NCBI GenBank assembly: GCA_000708835.1
Contig: DF236999.1
Coordinates: 124,001 to 188,000, forward strand
Reading direction: 5' to 3'
Length of the DNA: 64,000 nucleotides
From: Klebsormidium nitens
Taxonomy: Eukaryota > Plantae > Klebsormidiophyceae
Shown: positions 61,468 through 64,000 of the stretch, piece after piece
Layout: each line of letters starts with the position of its first letter
Numbering within the stretch: the first letter of the stretch is position 1
Position numbers and translations under genes: made by a program
The notes under the pieces: generated by a model
Database searches by the model: none
Seen by the model: only the letters and a program-made list of their open reading frames with translations
Told to the model about the DNA's origin: nothing

Positions 61468-63991
61468 TCAGCTGACTGGAAGTGCAACCTTGTGCAGCAT
61501 TGCCTCTTTATGAATCTGGTGACAGCTCTTCTCTACCAGCTCCAGCAGCTTTTCGATGCTCACGGCCCACGTGTTGAGGACCTCGTGACTGTCTTGCCGA
61601 GCCTGGAAGTTGATAATGCCCGCCGGCCGATCCACCTTAGCGACCAGCGCCTTGGTCGTCACCATGTCAGCCAAGTACTTCTCGGTCTCCTGCGACATAA
61701 AAGTCGGCGGTTCAGCGATCCGGAATAAGAGCCGAGAATACCGTCCCTGATTAGTCCCAGATAAGCGAGAGCGACATGCTGTGCAAAAGCTCGGAAAGCA
61801 TCACAAATGACATCGGACAATGACAGCAGAAGAGCACGAGACGGGTCTTGAGGCATCGAACAATAATTTAATTTAGCGGTGACGCAAGGTTGACGCGAAT
61901 CTAACAGCTAAGTGACCAACGAATCCATCTGAACCACCCGGATGGACGCATTATCTTCCGGCTGCCCTATCTCATTGTAGAGGCGCCCTGACACGACATT
62001 TAGACAACGGAAACTTGGACAAACTTTTGCTCCCTACAATCGAAGGGTCGAGCTTTATGAAAGCCGCAAACCGTATGGTGACCGGCTCACCTCGGTTGGC
62101 AGATCGAGCAGCTCCGATAGCCGCTTCAGCGTAACGCGCGCGTAATACTTTGAAATTACCAGTATGTTCTGCAAGGCCACGTCGAACCGAGCAGAAGTGA
62201 GCACGCAACAACAGAAACGCACGTTCCAGACTTTCCCAACGACCCGCATGCATCGAGCATATATTGGCACAGCTTGAACAGATTCACGACATCCCCAAGG
62301 TTTTCTAACCAGGCGTTTGAAATCGCAAATGCAATCCTGGGGGACTGGGCGCATACAATCGGGCAACTCTTGTGACGTCAGCCGTTCTCCTAGCGCCCAA
62401 CTCACATGCTCGACTATTCTCTGCTTCAAGTCTTCCAGCGACTTCTTGCCCCACTCGCCGCCAAAGATGTCGGGCTCGCTCTCCATCGCCGGGCGGTACA
62501 AGTCGCTCAAGCTCTTCCACCGGACCACCTCCAGCGTGATAAACTGCTTCAGCAGGGCCCTGCAAGCGGGACCCGTACCGAGGTGGGAACCAGGACAAGC
62601 CCTTTCCGAGGAACATGGTAGTCGTGAAAAGAGAACAGAACCCAACAGCAAAGGCCCGAAAGGAATGCAACGGAATGCAGCTTTTCTTGGAGGTATTTGG
62701 CTTTGCAAGACCGAGATTGTCTGATCACCCCAGCTTTAGAAGGCAAATCAAGTGTGTCAAACAGCTTCAGAAGTCCCTCCACGATGGTCGGAGCTGTCGA
62801 CGACGGAGTCCCTCTTCCCTCTGCGCAAGTTCCAGGCAACAGGCAAAGGAGTAGAGTGGCAGACCTGATCCGCAGAGAATCAGAGGCGGGGCTTACTTGT
62901 ATTTGGGCAGCTCGAGCAGCTTCTTATCGTCGTGCGTGGCCTGCATCAGGCTGCGCTGCATGGGGTCGTGGGGCGCGAGGCACAGATACCACACAATCTT
63001 CTTCATGACCTGGAAACGAGAACACAGAAACCTAAGGGTCAGCTCCGGCTTGCACTGCGCAAACCTCGGAAACTACAAGGTTTCATTGATGGTGCACAAT
63101 CTCGATTATCAAAAATCGGAGCTCGAGATTCGACATCGAATCTGCGGCTTGCTGCTCACCGGTTGCCACTTGAGAGGGTCGTCCCTGACCGACGGCGTGT
63201 CGTAGATGTTTTGGTACGCCCGACAGATCTCCAGATACTCCCGCCCGTGCCGATAGTACCTGAAGGCGTGTTTACGAGCGTATCTAAGAGACGTTCAAGA
63301 TAAACGGGTGTGAATGAAAGATGGATGTTGTCCTTCCTGGTGCCTCGAAGGATGCGTGCAGTGCTATCCAACCGTTCGTTGGTTTCTACGACCCTCGAAG
63401 GTTTCCCGACGGTTGCCAACGAATCAAATCTCTACCCCGTGCAGTGTAAACTCTGCTCTCCGCCAAAGACAGAAAGCCACACTAACTTCTTGGACGTTCT
63501 CGTACCTGATCATAAGTTCGTAGAAGAGAACCTTGAGGTCTAGGAGGGAGGGGATATCCGCTGGCGCCGCCTCCATAACCTGCTCTGGATCCATGGGCTT
63601 CTCCTTCTTCTCCTTGGCAGGGTCTGCGGTGAACACGCGGGGGTTGATCTTCTTTGCGAGGATCTGGGCGCGCACGAAGTCCTTCCGATCCAGACACAAC
63701 CGGACCTGTCACGTGTGAAACGAAAGGTCACATGAGAGGGAGTTGCGGACAAGAACAGTATGACAATTCTGTGATGATTTGGACGACAATGGAAACGAAT
63801 AGAACTCAATTCTGGTATATGGAAAAGTGACAAGACGATGTCAAGAGTCTACTTGACTGACTTCCAGAGCACAACTCTGCAACAGCAAACGGTTGCCACT
63901 GAACTTTGATTTGTTGGTCACCGCAGGCCCTCACCTGCTCCAAGATGAAGGCTAGCTTCTCAGTCCGTGCCATGGCTCCGAACGTCTCCAC
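61468..63991 (-). CDS. RPN5: 26S proteasome non-ATPase regulatory subunit 12 (lid subunit RPN5), 5' part outside the window
   Basis: [19 protein letters not shown]|[34 protein letters not shown]|[34 protein letters not shown]...[12 protein letters not shown]...[26 protein letters not shown] (PCI domain). Confidence 0.96.
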
Positions 63992-64000
63992 CTGTACCAG

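Overview
Eukaryotic nuclear DNA with GC-rich exons and many GT-AG introns, mostly 100-800 nt. The plant-like gene set (cpRNP, PLIP lipase, WBC-type ABCG, AARE) suggests a green plant or streptophyte alga, Klebsormidium-like; the organism is an inference, not shown by the sequence. Spliced genes were rebuilt by hand. In order: a partial unknown gene (-), an unknown multi-exon gene (-), cactin (+), an RPW8/MLKL-type four-helix-bundle + WD40 fusion with no nucleotide-binding or kinase domain (+), an ABCG half-transporter (-), an ERI1-like DEDDh exonuclease with a nonsense codon and a frameshift (+), a class I glutamine amidotransferase/peptidase C26-like gene across a 604-nt gap (-), a CID/RPRD1-like gene with a U12-type first intron (-), acylamino-acid-releasing enzyme (-), a chloroplast two-RRM RNA-binding protein (+), a small plastid PDZ protein (-), a PLIP-type lipase (+) and RPN5/PSMD12 (-, runs off the right end). 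Non-coding features: a Tourist/PIF-Harbinger-like MITE with a TAA target-site duplication, a ~50-bp tandem repeat inside a possible TIR-bounded element, and a 72-bp near-perfect palindrome. The best candidate for an undescribed system is the 4HB-WD40 putative cell-death/immune protein at 9815-13628. No rRNA, tRNA or CRISPR array is supported.
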